The notes: a model not told the origin generated them from the letters alone. Positions 28,833 to 40,973 are shown, counted from the first letter of the stretch. The stretch: 64,000 nt of DNA from Thermoplasmatota archaeon (GCA_028279595.1 JANQNK010000020.1:32001-96000), one strand, 5' to 3'. Translations and numbers: made by a program.

Positions 28833-31800
28833 TCACAGCTTGTCCTTCTGGTCCTTCAGGATGGTCCTGTATTCATCGGTAAGCTGACAGCCGGTCTTCC
28901 GCGAATATGTGACGATACCCTTCTCCTTCAGGTCCTTGACGTGATAGGTGATAGTGGATGCCGATATCTTGAGTTTGGTCGACAGCCTCTTCTGGCTGAT
29001 CCCTGGGTTCTTGATTATCTCCATCACTATTTTCTTCTCCATGTTCCCCAGGTGGACGTTCGGGATTGAGTAGCCGTGGGGGTAGAATCGGCGGTACATC
29101 CCGTCGGAGACCGACTTGATGAATCCGCCCTTCTCAAGGACCCTGAGGTGATACCCCGCGGTACCGTTCTTCAGGTCCAATTGTTTCTTGATCTTGTTGA
29201 AGTGAGCTCCTGGGTCATTATCGAGATACACTACGATCCTGCCTCGGATGTCGTGGTCTTGGATATTGTCTCTCTTGAGTTTAGAATAGAGCGGTGAAAG
29301 GAACGGTATTGCTAGATATCGACCACGATCGGTCGACCAGACGCCAACCAACCCGATGGCTCCAAGAGCCGTGACACCAAGGAATATCCATAACAACCCT
29401 ATCGGGTCGGCAGTGGGGTCTGAGACCGTTATTTCCACCGATGCTGAACCCGAGTTGTAGACCTCATCGTCCAAAGATATGCTCTCTGTCAGGATTGTGA
29501 AGTTGACCACACCTTCGGCTCCTGAAGGGATCGTTGCTGTCACCGTCGTTGTCCCCTCGGAATGAGGTAGAATGTAGATCGTTATGTTGTCGATTACTAT
29601 CCAATCCTCCTCGCACGATAATCTGAACCTTTGAGGGACATTCCCTTGATTCTCGATAGTAAGAGTATATTCGACTTCATCTTCTGGCTTCGCTTTTGAT
29701 GACGAGCGGTCCATCGTCACCTTGAACGAATGGTCCCTCACTTCGCTCAGGATGGCTGCCTCGGCTGTTTCGACCTCGACATCATCGTGAATGACCTTAC
29801 CCTTGAAGGTGTAGTTACCTGATTCGTTCAGGTAGAGTGATTGTTCCAATGTCTGATTCCACTGACCTACCGGAATAGTGATATTACCCTGGATGGTAGA
29901 ATAGTGCTCTCCATCGAGCTGGATTTCGATCTCGACCGTTGCATATGTTTCTTCAGGATCCGCTGAGGCTGACTCGAGGACGATGACCACGGTTATGGTC
30001 TCCCCCTTTATCGTTTCACCTATTGTCCAGATCTCGGAGGAAACATCAACTGATGTCCCTGGCTCCATCAACGGGTAGGGGTCTTTCGCACTGTCGTTCC
30101 CATCGAGGAAATAGGGGGTGTCACCGATACCGTCCCCATCGTCGTCCGACCCTGTATAATCAGACCAGTAGTTGCCTCTTTTCGCCATGTACCAATAATT
30201 GTACGTGGTGTCATCGAACCCCTGGGAGTAAGGTCCATTATTGGAATTGAACGAATTAAGACTCAGGGTATTGTTGCGGCTGTAGACCGGATCATGGAAG
30301 ATGTTCAGGTAACTCCTCACCACGATTCCATGCTCTCCATTTCCATCAATGCTATTATTGAGGATGAGGTTCCCATCACTTCGATAGACCTCGATCCCTG
30401 CAATGGTATTATTGAATATGTGATTCGATCCGATTACATTGTCATCGCTGTCTTCCAAATAGATACCCGTACCCAGCGTCTGATTTGGGAAATACCTCTC
30501 GTCATAATATGGTCCGGTACCCTGAACTTCACACCCAAGGATTCGAGACTCATTTCCCATTGAAATGTAGATAGCATATTGGTGATTATCGTTAAATGAA
30601 CATCTTTCAATTGCCGTGTATTCTCCACCAAATTGCGATACGCCTCTCACAAACCCAGTCACTGAGGACCTTGCCAGTGAGAAATTACTGGACTTGTACA
30701 ACTTAATCCCCGTCAATCCGGTTCCTTTTACGTCAACGTTCGAGACCGTGATGTTATTTGAGAATCCGATCTGAACGCTCGATAGGTTCATGATTTCATT
30801 CTCATTGAATATTGTGAAGTCTGTAACATTGGCAAGGATGAAACAGGATTGGAGTCCGGAGCCCATACCGCCCGTCCGATTTCTGATGTAACTCACTTCC
30901 CTACCATCCATGGTGTTCGAGTCGAATGTATGTGTCGTCCAGTCTTCAAGAACCTCACCAGTCATGATAATGGAGGCATTATCGAATTGATTCCTTTCAA
31001 TAGAAATCTCACGAGACCTATAGATGGTCAGTCCCTCCTTCAAATCGGTGAACCTGCAGCTAATAACCTTGACTCCCGACGATTCCTGGATATATATACC
31101 ATCATCGTCCCCGGAGGAGAAGGTGCAGTTGGAGATGATCCAATCATCACAGCGAGGTAGATAGATGCTCCATCCAGAGATGTCCTCAAAGACGGAATTC
31201 ACGATTCTACTGCCATCCCGACTTCCCCATATCCCGCGTGAATCCATAAAAATGCAATTCCGGACCAAGTTGTTGTTACCACTTAGATCAATTCCCCTGG
31301 TTCCGTTGTCAAATACAATATTTTCTATAAGACAGTCATCTGCATGAACGTGAATCCCATCTCGGTTACTGTTTTCAACTATTCGGAGGCCGATTAGACG
31401 CGTGTCATCTTCTAAGATACTGACGTAATTATGTCCGCAGATAATTCTTGACCGATGCGATTCGTTGCCAATGATCGTGACACTTTTTCGAGCGTCAAAA
31501 TCAACGTGATCACCATCGAAAGCTACTACGTAATCACCGTTATTTGCATTATCAATGGCAGCCCTGATCGCCTTATAGTCGTTCCACCAGCCGTCATCGT
31601 CGTCAACGACCCATACCTTGATTCCCTCAGCTTCGACGCCGTCCCACTCCTCGTCAATAGGATGATCGTCTGTGGCGCCCGTCTTTCCCAAGAGGATGTA
31701 TGGTTCTTCACTCTCATGATCCGACCAGAAGTTACCCGCGTCACCATTATCCCAAATGTTGAAATAACCATCGTCAAACGCCTGGCTCGAGTTTCCATTG

Positions 31801-34013
31801 TTATCGATGAAATTGTTGTGGTGGATCAAATTGTATGCGGATCCACCCTCTGACTGGATTCCGTACCCCTCATTGTACATGATGTCATTATAAATGATCT
31901 CGTTCACTGTAGCACCCTCATCAATGACAATACCGAGGGCATCCCCCATTCCATCGATTTGGTTGTTCGATATTTCATTGTAATGTATCTGGTTCCGGAT
32001 CGTGGTCCGTAGATTGATGCCAAATTTGTTATCTGAGATATTGTTGTAATTGACAACATTGAATCCACCCTGTTCTATGGTTATTCCAAATGAATTGTTC
32101 GTGATAAGGCAAGAGGAGATTTTATTATTCTTCCCGTGGATCTCGATACCACCGTATGTACAATTCCTTACCTCCAGATTGTTTAATGTGACGTGATCAC
32201 TGAAGACTATGATCCCGCTGCCTTCCGTACCCTGAATCATGAATTTTGCAATCTCTGTCCAGTCCGCGATTACAGTTATCACGATATTGTGGTCCTCAGC
32301 CCCGCCAACGATTCGGGTGGTCTCTGAACCATTTCCGATTAGGCGTACAGGCGTCTCGATCGTCAATGTCTCTCGATAAATACCATCATAAACGCGAATG
32401 ATCGAATCGGCGGCAGCATTGTCGATCGCATCCTGGATGGAAGAATAGTTCGCCCAAGACCCGCCATCGTCGTCGACTATAATATCACTGACGATCACAC
32501 TGCTGGACCATTGATACATCAATGGGTACCTGTCCTTAGAATCTGAATCGATGGTATATGAGGTGTCTCCAATACCGTCATCATTGTTATCTATTCCTGA
32601 ATAGTCGGACCAGAAATTCCCCTTCTTCCCGTTGTCCCATTGATTGGTTGACCCCTCATCCATCGCTTGAGGGCTCTTTTGACAGTCTATGAAATTATTA
32701 TGGTGGATTGCGTTATTGCTCGCTCCAGATCTTAATTCGACTCCTGTCTTATTTGAGTTTATTATTGTATTATAAGCAATCAGATGATCCTCGGAATTTG
32801 AGTATATTCCTTTAGACACATTGGAAAAAATACAACTGACAATCTTATTACCAATCCCTTCATACAGCAAGATGATGTTTCTCCCCCAGTGGTTCTCGAT
32901 CGTGCAATTATCTATTGTGTTGTTATCTGAGTCGTCACGAAACATAATTGCGTAAGTGTCTCGTACGACATCATAAATGGAGGTGTGGGTTACGATATTG
33001 TTTGTACTATAATAGAAGTTTATCCCTGCGCTTGATTCCCCCCATCGGTCTGCCCATAAGGTGCAATTACTTACGACATTATCATTTGCGTAACGAAGAT
33101 GGATCCCGCTCCAATTATTTCGATAGATCTCTGAATCCTCAATATGGCAATTCTCTGAAGACACTAATCGTATTCCAATTTGATTATGGTGTATACTGGA
33201 ATTCCTTATCGTAATGTTATCCGAATGAATTATTTCCATTCCGCTGTCTGCAAATGAAATATTCTGGTTCTCAATGATGACATTAGACGAATTTATTAAA
33301 AATATCTGGCCATATGTCTCATTTATCGTACCTCCAGTTAGATTCGTGAACCAAATGATCTCTCTTTCGTTCACATAGTTATTCGTGAGTGTAGTGGTGA
33401 AATAATCCTCGATCGCGTCCAGAAAAACTGAGATGCTGTTGTCCTTGAATGTACAATTGATGACTGATGCGTTACGACTATTTGAGATACGGATCCCGTA
33501 ATAAATGTTGGTCAGAAAACTACAATTCGATATTGTGTTGTTGTGACTGTAGAACATTGCCACACCATCATAATCATAGTCAATGAAAGTGCAATTGTGA
33601 ATCGTATTATTGTGTGAATTGTAGGCCGATGGGGGGCTACCTCTGAGATTGATAGCCTCTATCGTGAAATCGGATATATTGAGACTTCCATCGAGAACAT
33701 CGAATTCGTTATCTATGAACGTTCTGTTTCTGTCTTCTCCAATGATAGTCAGGGACTTCTTCATCTCCGGCATCCAGTAAGTTCCTTTTCGAACGATCAA
33801 CGTATCATGTTCGTTCACTTCCTGGTACGCCTGTGTCAGGTTCTTGAAGTCGTGGTCTGGTCCTCCAGCCTTGTCCACGATCCAAGTCTCACCTTCAACA
33901 TTATTACACAAGACTGTGATAGAAACCAAAATAAGGACCAAGGGTACTACTATGAGCACCCTGCGGTCCTTCAGGAAACCATCACCTTTGTCCACTGTTG
34001 CTTGTCCCCTCAT
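28833..34013 (-). CDS. Paralogous giant beta-helix surface protein with TM and tandem wHTH
   Basis: Same architecture; start placed at MRGQ (34013) by alignment with the paralogue's N-terminus (MRGQ......DGF...RRVLI). Confidence 0.88.
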   Translation of the reverse strand: MRGQATVDKGDGFLKDRRVLIVVPLVLILVSITVLCNNVEGETWIVDKAGGPDHDFKNLTQAYQEVNEHDTLIVRKGTYWMPEMKKSLTIIGEDRNRTFIDNEFDVLDGSLNISDFTIEAINLRGSPPSAYNSHNNTIHNCTFIDYDYDGVAMFYSHNNTISNCSFLTNIYYGIRISNSRNASVINCTFKDNSISVFLDAIEDYFTTTLTNNYVNEREIIWFTNLTGGTINETYGQIFLINSSNVIIENQNISFADSGMEIIHSDNITIRNSSIHHNQIGIRLVSSENCHIEDSEIYRNNWSGIHLRYANDNVVSNCTLWADRWGESSAGINFYYSTNNIVTHTSIYDVVRDTYAIMFRDDSDNNTIDNCTIENHWGRNIILLYEGIGNKIVSCIFSNVSKGIYSNSEDHLIAYNTIINSNKTGVELRSGASNNAIHHNNFIDCQKSPQAMDEGSTNQWDNGKKGNFWSDYSGIDNNDDGIGDTSYTIDSDSKDRYPLMYQWSSSVIVSDIIVDDDGGSWANYSSIQDAIDNAAADSIIRVYDGIYRETLTIETPVRLIGNGSETTRIVGGAEDHNIVITVIADWTEIAKFMIQGTEGSGIIVFSDHVTLNNLEVRNCTYGGIEIHGKNNKISSCLITNNSFGITIEQGGFNVVNYNNISDNKFGINLRTTIRNQIHYNEISNNQIDGMGDALGIVIDEGATVNEIIYNDIMYNEGYGIQSEGGSAYNLIHHNNFIDNNGNSSQAFDDGYFNIWDNGDAGNFWSDHESEEPYILLGKTGATDDHPIDEEWDGVEAEGIKVWVVDDDDGWWNDYKAIRAAIDNANNGDYVVAFDGDHVDFDARKSVTIIGNESHRSRIICGHNYVSILEDDTRLIGLRIVENSNRDGIHVHADDCLIENIVFDNGTRGIDLSGNNNLVRNCIFMDSRGIWGSRDGSRIVNSVFEDISGWSIYLPRCDDWIISNCTFSSGDDDGIYIQESSGVKVISCRFTDLKEGLTIYRSREISIERNQFDNASIIMTGEVLEDWTTHTFDSNTMDGREVSYIRNRTGGMGSGLQSCFILANVTDFTIFNENEIMNLSSVQIGFSNNITVSNVDVKGTGLTGIKLYKSSNFSLARSSVTGFVRGVSQFGGEYTAIERCSFNDNHQYAIYISMGNESRILGCEVQGTGPYYDERYFPNQTLGTGIYLEDSDDNVIGSNHIFNNTIAGIEVYRSDGNLILNNSIDGNGEHGIVVRSYLNIFHDPVYSRNNTLSLNSFNSNNGPYSQGFDDTTYNYWYMAKRGNYWSDYTGSDDDGDGIGDTPYFLDGNDSAKDPYPLMEPGTSVDVSSEIWTIGETIKGETITVVIVLESASADPEETYATVEIEIQLDGEHYSTIQGNITIPVGQWNQTLEQSLYLNESGNYTFKGKVIHDDVEVETAEAAILSEVRDHSFKVTMDRSSSKAKPEDEVEYTLTIENQGNVPQRFRLSCEEDWIVIDNITIYILPHSEGTTTVTATIPSGAEGVVNFTILTESISLDDEVYNSGSASVEITVSDPTADPIGLLWIFLGVTALGAIGLVGVWSTDRGRYLAIPFLSPLYSKLKRDNIQDHDIRGRIVVYLDNDPGAHFNKIKKQLDLKNGTAGYHLRVLEKGGFIKSVSDGMYRRFYPHGYSIPNVHLGNMEKKIVMEIIKNPGISQKRLSTKLKISASTITYHVKDLKEKGIVTYSRKTGCQLTDEYRTILKDQKDKL

Positions 34014-34155
34014 GCTATCCCTCATCGGGATTTCTATCTTTCCGTGCTTATATGTGCAGATTGGTTCAGTCATCGAAACTCATAGGACTTTCGGTCGAAT
34101 TATCGGAAATGTTCACGTATATTACTAAATACCCCCAGTGTTTACGTTCGTTCAG

Positions 34156-34911
34156 ATGCTTGCGGTGAAGGGGCTCACCAAGTGGTACGAGGGTTCGAGC
34201 AAAGCTGCAGTGGACAAGCTTTTTTTCCAGGCCAAGAAGGGAGAGATCGTAGGAGTTCTCGGTACCAACGGTGCCGGAAAGACCACAACGCTCTCGGTTA
34301 TCGCAGGATTGCTGCCTCCGACCCAGGGCGACGTCACCGTTTCTGGATACAGCGTCTCGCGGGACCCTCTTCTCGTCAAGAAGAGGATCGGATACATGCC
34401 CGAGAACCCACATCTTTACGAACGTCTTACCGGATGGGAGTTCCTGAGACTCATCATCGACCTACGCGGTGTCGACCGCGAGAAGGGCGAGAAGTTCATG
34501 TCCGAGTTGGGAACATACATCGAGCTCTACGACCGCCTTGACGACTTCGTAAGCACTTATTCGAAGGGAATGATCCAGAAGCTGGCATTCATGGCCGCAG
34601 TCGGCCACAGGCCGAAGGTGCTACTCCTGGACGAGCCTTTCTCCGGTATAGATCCGGTCGCGTCGAGGAAGATGCGCGAGTGGGTCCGGGGCTATTCCAA
34701 GAAGGGCCACACCGTACTTCTCAGCACCCACATAATCGACCTGGCGCAGCGGATGTGCGACAGGGTCGTGATCATCCACGAGGGCAAGAAGGTGGAGCAT
34801 GGGACGATCCCGGAGATCGTGGGGCGGGCGGAGGTCGAGCACCTCGAGGACGCTTTCATCCATGTTATCGGGAGGAAACGCAGTGAGAACGGAGTCCCTA
34901 CTACATGCTGA
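34156..34911 (+). CDS. ABC transporter ATP-binding protein
   Basis: GTNGAGKTT, YSKGM signature, LLLDEP, STH. Confidence 0.93.
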   Translation: MLAVKGLTKWYEGSSKAAVDKLFFQAKKGEIVGVLGTNGAGKTTTLSVIAGLLPPTQGDVTVSGYSVSRDPLLVKKRIGYMPENPHLYERLTGWEFLRLIIDLRGVDREKGEKFMSELGTYIELYDRLDDFVSTYSKGMIQKLAFMAAVGHRPKVLLLDEPFSGIDPVASRKMREWVRGYSKKGHTVLLSTHIIDLAQRMCDRVVIIHEGKKVEHGTIPEIVGRAEVEHLEDAFIHVIGRKRSENGVPTTC

Positions 34912-36442
34912 TGTCCTCGCGACATGGCGTCTCCTCAATTACAGACTGCAGAAGCATGCCATTCTCTCAGCCTTCATAATCGTCTCCGTCGTGGGATTGT
35001 CCTACCTGATAGTATGGGGTATCCTTGTCATCATGGATGGAGGCGTTGAACTGGGCCTCACTCGCCGGGACACCATGCTGCTGATGTTCGGCATCATGCT
35101 GGCACGATCGATCACGTACACCTACAACCGTTTCCTCAAGTCCCGGGAGATGCAATACATAATGTCGTCCCCGGTCCCCGAGAGGGACCTCGCGTTCAAC
35201 AGGCTCCAGCTCAACTTCATACTCCTCGGAACCCTCTTCACCATAGCCCTGGGACTGTTCTGGAGCTCGATATTGATCGCCGGGACACAGGGGCTGGGTC
35301 CCGGGAACCTACCTCCCACCCTGATCTACGAACTGCTCGTGTTGTTCGCCCTTGCACTGTTCTTCGGGTACTCGATACCGGTGAAGGTCCAGGTCAGGCC
35401 GGTTAAACGGGCAACTGTCCTGTTGCTGCCCGAGATCTACACGGGATTCCTGCTGTTCCTCGTCCTGCCGATATCCGGGGACAGGATCGCTCCGGACCCG
35501 GTCTATCTTGTCATGATATCGATAACCCTCGTCATCGGGCTCGAATCCTTCTTCATGGCGATCCCCCTCGCGAAGACGGGATGGGCGAGACAGACCATGA
35601 AGATGGGCGCCTCGAGACCGATGAGGGCGCCGGTGCATTTCTCCAGGAGCGCCCACAGGTTCTGGGGGTCTCGGCTGTCGAGCCTCGTCACCAAGGAGGT
35701 CAAGATCGTGCTCAGGGAGAAGGAGTTCGTCGGGAACCTTCTGGTATCCGTGTCGATAGTCGTGCTGGTCGCTGTGACATTCCTATACTTCCCCCTCGAC
35801 CTCGCATCGGGCATGGAGGGGAACAGCTACCTCGTCTATCCTATGCTGATCGGCTTCTCACTCTACCTGATCGGCGTCCTCATGGGCGCGCTGACGAACC
35901 TTTCCATGGTGGGGATCGAGGGGAAGGCGATGTGGAACCTCAAGGTCCTGCCCATCCTCGGATGGGAGGTGATGTGGTCCAAGGCCATTGCGACGTTCCT
36001 GGTCGCCTGGCCGGTGATGATGGCCGCAGCTCTCACGGTTCCTTTACTTGGACAGTACCCGATCGCTGTCACTGTCTTCTTCGCTGTGGAGGCAAACGCG
36101 TTCCTGCTCGCCTTCATCGGACTCGGCTCCTGGGCCTCTGCCGCTTACCCTAGCTTCGACGACATGGAGCACGGGATGCCTGACATCCTCATACAGATAC
36201 TCATGCTCATCTTCACGTTCATCGTGGCCATCTTCATCGGGGCCATCCCCGCGATAATAATGAGAGCGGACCACCTCTACGGCCTGTTCGCGTGCATGGT
36301 CGCACTCCTTTTCAGTATCGTCATTTTCGAGCTCGGCGTCCGGGGCGGCGCCTACAGATACGAGCTGATCGACGCCGAGGTCTACTCGGGCGGCGTGAAC
36401 TACGTCGGGAAGAAGGGAAAGTTCATCGACTACAGGTATTGA
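34883..36442 (+). CDS. ABC exporter permease (~12-14 TM)
   Basis: Overlaps the ATPase; GTG start after GGAGGA; KE.K...RE and EGK.MW.LK.LP motifs. Confidence 0.8.
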   Translation: MRTESLLHADVLATWRLLNYRLQKHAILSAFIIVSVVGLSYLIVWGILVIMDGGVELGLTRRDTMLLMFGIMLARSITYTYNRFLKSREMQYIMSSPVPERDLAFNRLQLNFILLGTLFTIALGLFWSSILIAGTQGLGPGNLPPTLIYELLVLFALALFFGYSIPVKVQVRPVKRATVLLLPEIYTGFLLFLVLPISGDRIAPDPVYLVMISITLVIGLESFFMAIPLAKTGWARQTMKMGASRPMRAPVHFSRSAHRFWGSRLSSLVTKEVKIVLREKEFVGNLLVSVSIVVLVAVTFLYFPLDLASGMEGNSYLVYPMLIGFSLYLIGVLMGALTNLSMVGIEGKAMWNLKVLPILGWEVMWSKAIATFLVAWPVMMAAALTVPLLGQYPIAVTVFFAVEANAFLLAFIGLGSWASAAYPSFDDMEHGMPDILIQILMLIFTFIVAIFIGAIPAIIMRADHLYGLFACMVALLFSIVIFELGVRGGAYRYELIDAEVYSGGVNYVGKKGKFIDYRY

Positions 36443-36541
36443 GAACGATACCTTTGCAGAAACGGTGATTTTCAGAACGATGGTTTGACACTTGACGACC
36501 TAAGACAATAGGTGGGGGGCCGAAGCCCCCCTGAGTTGCGT

Positions 36542-38009
<1,468 letters not shown>

Positions 38010-38249
38010 TGTCTCTCTCGTTTGGGAAATGCCCGCGGCTTCATGCTGTACGCACTCACCACATTGTCTTTATTATATCTGGTTCGGTCGTCAAGTGTCG
38101 GATCCGAGAGGGCACGGTTTACACCGGATTTCTCGGACCCCCATCTGAGGGACTGCGTGGAACCGAGACGCTCATGGGTCGCAGGATGCGAACTCACGCC
38201 TCAAGCCGGAGCAGTCCATGTCCTATGAGGACTATCCCCTCACAGGGCC

Positions 38250-38270
38250 ATCTCATATAAATGATTTTCT
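38250..38270 (-). promoter_or_regulatory. Candidate 16S promoter (BRE/TATA)
   Basis: Minus strand GAAAATCATTTATATG ~245 nt upstream of the mature 16S 5' end. Confidence 0.5.
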
Positions 38271-38400
38271 CTTATTACCCTTTCGGTGGAAGGGACCTGA
38301 TACCGTCTTTCGTCGAAGAAATGAGGGTATGAGAATCCCGCTTCCCGTTGTTGCTGAAATCGTTATATACGGATTGGCCTATTCCGGCAGAGGGGATCAC

Positions 38401-39162
38401 ATGGGACTGATAGACGATACTCCACCGATGGAATGGGGAATTATCAAGATTATAGTGGTGCTGCTATGCGTAGGACTGTTCTTCGCGCCATTCCTACCAT
38501 GGATGTGGGAGGACAACGAGATCTTCGATTTCAACAAGGAATGGGACGGGCTTGATGATGACATGTATGCTAATCCGTCGATATCCTACACCGTATGGCT
38601 AATAACGCTATTCGCACTCATCTTCCTGTTCATCGGCTACGAGATCAGTATCGACATCGATGGTGATAGGAAACGGATGAACGAACTTATTGCAGCCATG
38701 CTATTCTTCATCCTATTCATTCTCTCTGCCAGCTTCTACTACAAACTCAATGACATCAGCGAGGACTGGGCCTCTCAATCTGGTGTGGATGTCGGTGTAG
38801 GGATCGGCCTCGTATTGGTCGTGATCGCAGCGTTCCTGAACATGATCCTCTGCACTGTACTCTGGAAGCAGAAGGTGGACGAGGATTTCTTCGCTTCGAG
38901 GGAAAAACCCGTCAAGGAGACGACACCTGCTGTGGAACCCACCCCCAAGCCGGCTCCGCAACCGGTACCCGAACCCAGACCTGAACCAGTGCCAGAACCT
39001 GTCGTGGAGGCAAAGCCTGAACCTGCACCAGTGCCGCAGGCCGCTCCTCCGGCAAAGGCGGCTGAGGATGAAGGTCTCTCCAAGACTGCCGCGTTCAAGA
39101 AGGAGATCGAGAAGGACGACAAGCTGCCACCGCCGCCATGGATCAAAAGGGAAGAGGACTGA
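38401..39162 (+). CDS. 4-TM membrane protein with Pro-rich cytoplasmic tail
   Basis: Four hydrophobic segments, then PEPRPEPVPEP...KLPPPPWI; TTATAT at ~38363. Confidence 0.7.
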   Translation: MGLIDDTPPMEWGIIKIIVVLLCVGLFFAPFLPWMWEDNEIFDFNKEWDGLDDDMYANPSISYTVWLITLFALIFLFIGYEISIDIDGDRKRMNELIAAMLFFILFILSASFYYKLNDISEDWASQSGVDVGVGIGLVLVVIAAFLNMILCTVLWKQKVDEDFFASREKPVKETTPAVEPTPKPAPQPVPEPRPEPVPEPVVEAKPEPAPVPQAAPPAKAAEDEGLSKTAAFKKEIEKDDKLPPPPWIKREED

Positions 39163-39669
39163 TCAGGCCGTACCGTTGGCATAGTAGTAGACTTCTACGT
39201 GCATGTCGTAGGGAGTACCCAGTGCTGCGTATGCTACGGCGGTCGCTGTATATTCACCGTAACCGAACCGCTTCATGATGTCGAGCTCGCGCAGGATGAT
39301 GGATTCCTCGCTGCTCGGATTACCGGATGTCGCGGACCCTCCATCAGCTCCCTCGAGGGTCAGGTCGAGGTCCTCCGATCCGGTGATGCCCGATCCCGAG
39401 AGGTTCACGATGACCTTGAAGGCGCCCTCGTCCACGTCGAAGGTGTGCTCTCCGTTCATTCCGATCCCGACTATGCCGCTGGCGACACCGGAGAAATCGT
39501 ACTCCTCGACGGTGAACTCCTTCTTGGTATTCGAGTCGTCAGAGCTGCCGCCGCTGCTTCCCTTGTCGTCATCGTTCTCCGGAGCCGTCGCGACCGCCAC
39601 CGCTAGGACGAGTACGAGAATGATGGCGGCGAGGACCTTCGTGTTCCGGAGGATGGGTTTGATGTCCAT
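39163..39669 (-). CDS. Secreted/anchored hypothetical protein (pre-peptidase C-terminal-like beta-sandwich)
   Basis: N-terminal TM; V.LSG.......DLDL.L.G.DG..A.SG...SEE.I pattern. Confidence 0.6.
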   Translation of the reverse strand: MDIKPILRNTKVLAAIILVLVLAVAVATAPENDDDKGSSGGSSDDSNTKKEFTVEEYDFSGVASGIVGIGMNGEHTFDVDEGAFKVIVNLSGSGITGSEDLDLTLEGADGGSATSGNPSSEESIILRELDIMKRFGYGEYTATAVAYAALGTPYDMHVEVYYYANGTA

Positions 39670-39935
39670 CGGGAATGCATCTAGAACACCGGTAATAATG
39701 TTTTCCGTCCACACGAGGCGATACGACGCGCTCGCCAGTTCCTCTGTATACTGGCAACGCGCCTCACCGGGCCCGCAGGTGGTGTCCTGGGCATCGTCGC
39801 TGGCTGGCAACGCGTTTCACCCGATCGGTATGGGATGCCACGGCCTACTTCCCTCCGTATGGCATCTTAAAATGGATGGTCAGGAAACATTGCCACCGGC
39901 ACTTTTATATCCTTACAGATATCCACGTTCGAGAG

Positions 39936-40964
39936 ATGAAGATCGTCCACAGGGACCTCTCCAAGAACGAGGTCGTGGTGATAGTCGAGAACGACGACGA
40001 CCTCTGGGCACTGAACAACATCGTCCGGCCCGGGGACGTCGTGCACGCAAGCACCTACCGGAAGGAGGAGCGGGCGTCCGACAAGCTGCGGCCCGAGAAA
40101 TCGGAGAGGAAACGGGTCTACATAGGGCTCGAGGTGGAGAAGGTCGAGTTCCATCAGTTCTCCGGAGATCTCAGGATACACGGTCTGATCGTCGAGGCAG
40201 CCTGGGACGTCGGTTCGTATCACACACTGATCGTGGGCGCGGGAACCAAGCTCAAGATGGTCCGCAGGTTCACCGGCCTCGACATGAAGATCCTGGAGGA
40301 GAGCGTCGCCGATGCAAAGAGGCCGGATGTGACGTTCATTTCCATGGACGACGAGCTCGCCACCGTAGCATTCATGTCGAAGAGAGGGATCCAGCAGGTC
40401 TGTGATATCCCTGGACCTGGATCAGGGAAGATGTTCAAGGTCAAGACCGATGACAGTTACTTCGCCGAGGTCGCCACTGCAGTGGAGAACGTCGAGACGG
40501 AGTTCATCGTGCTCGTCGGTCCCGGCTTCACCAAGGAATCCTTCATGAAGTTCGTGAAGGAGAAGCAGCTCCTGTCCGGAAAGAAGCTCCACGCCGAGGC
40601 CGCCGGTGCTGCCGGCATGTCAGGCATCAACGAGGTCCTGAAGAAGGGCGCCCTTTCACGGTTCCTGAAGGACTCGAGGACCGGGGACGAGCTACAGGCG
40701 GTCGAGAGGGTCCTCGGAGCCATCTCGGGCGGTGGTGACGCCGCCTACGGATTCGTCGAGGTCAGGAAGGCCCTCGAGATGGGCGCTGTCGATATGCTGT
40801 TGATCATGGACCACATGGTCCGGGAGGGCTCCGGCGACGAGCTGTTCAGGCTCGCGCGGGGGACGAACTCCAGTACACTGGTCGTATCCTCCGGCCACGA
40901 TGGCGGCCGGAAGCTCGATGGTCTAGGCGGCGTGGCGGCGCTGCTGAGATACAGCATAGGTTGA
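39936..40964 (+). CDS. pelA: mRNA surveillance protein Pelota
   Basis: E..DDLWAL.NIV.PGD.V, VE.VEF, LRI.G.I, GSYHT, GPGF.K, GG.AALLRY. Confidence 0.95.
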   Translation: MKIVHRDLSKNEVVVIVENDDDLWALNNIVRPGDVVHASTYRKEERASDKLRPEKSERKRVYIGLEVEKVEFHQFSGDLRIHGLIVEAAWDVGSYHTLIVGAGTKLKMVRRFTGLDMKILEESVADAKRPDVTFISMDDELATVAFMSKRGIQQVCDIPGPGSGKMFKVKTDDSYFAEVATAVENVETEFIVLVGPGFTKESFMKFVKEKQLLSGKKLHAEAAGAAGMSGINEVLKKGALSRFLKDSRTGDELQAVERVLGAISGGGDAAYGFVEVRKALEMGAVDMLLIMDHMVREGSGDELFRLARGTNSSTLVVSSGHDGGRKLDGLGGVAALLRYSIG

Positions 40965-40973
40965 GGTGGTGTT

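Noticed and set aside
23259-34013. Possible mobile island or diversity-generating retroelement target
   Set aside because: No integrase, transposase, reverse transcriptase, att repeats or adenine-specific TR/VR pair was seen
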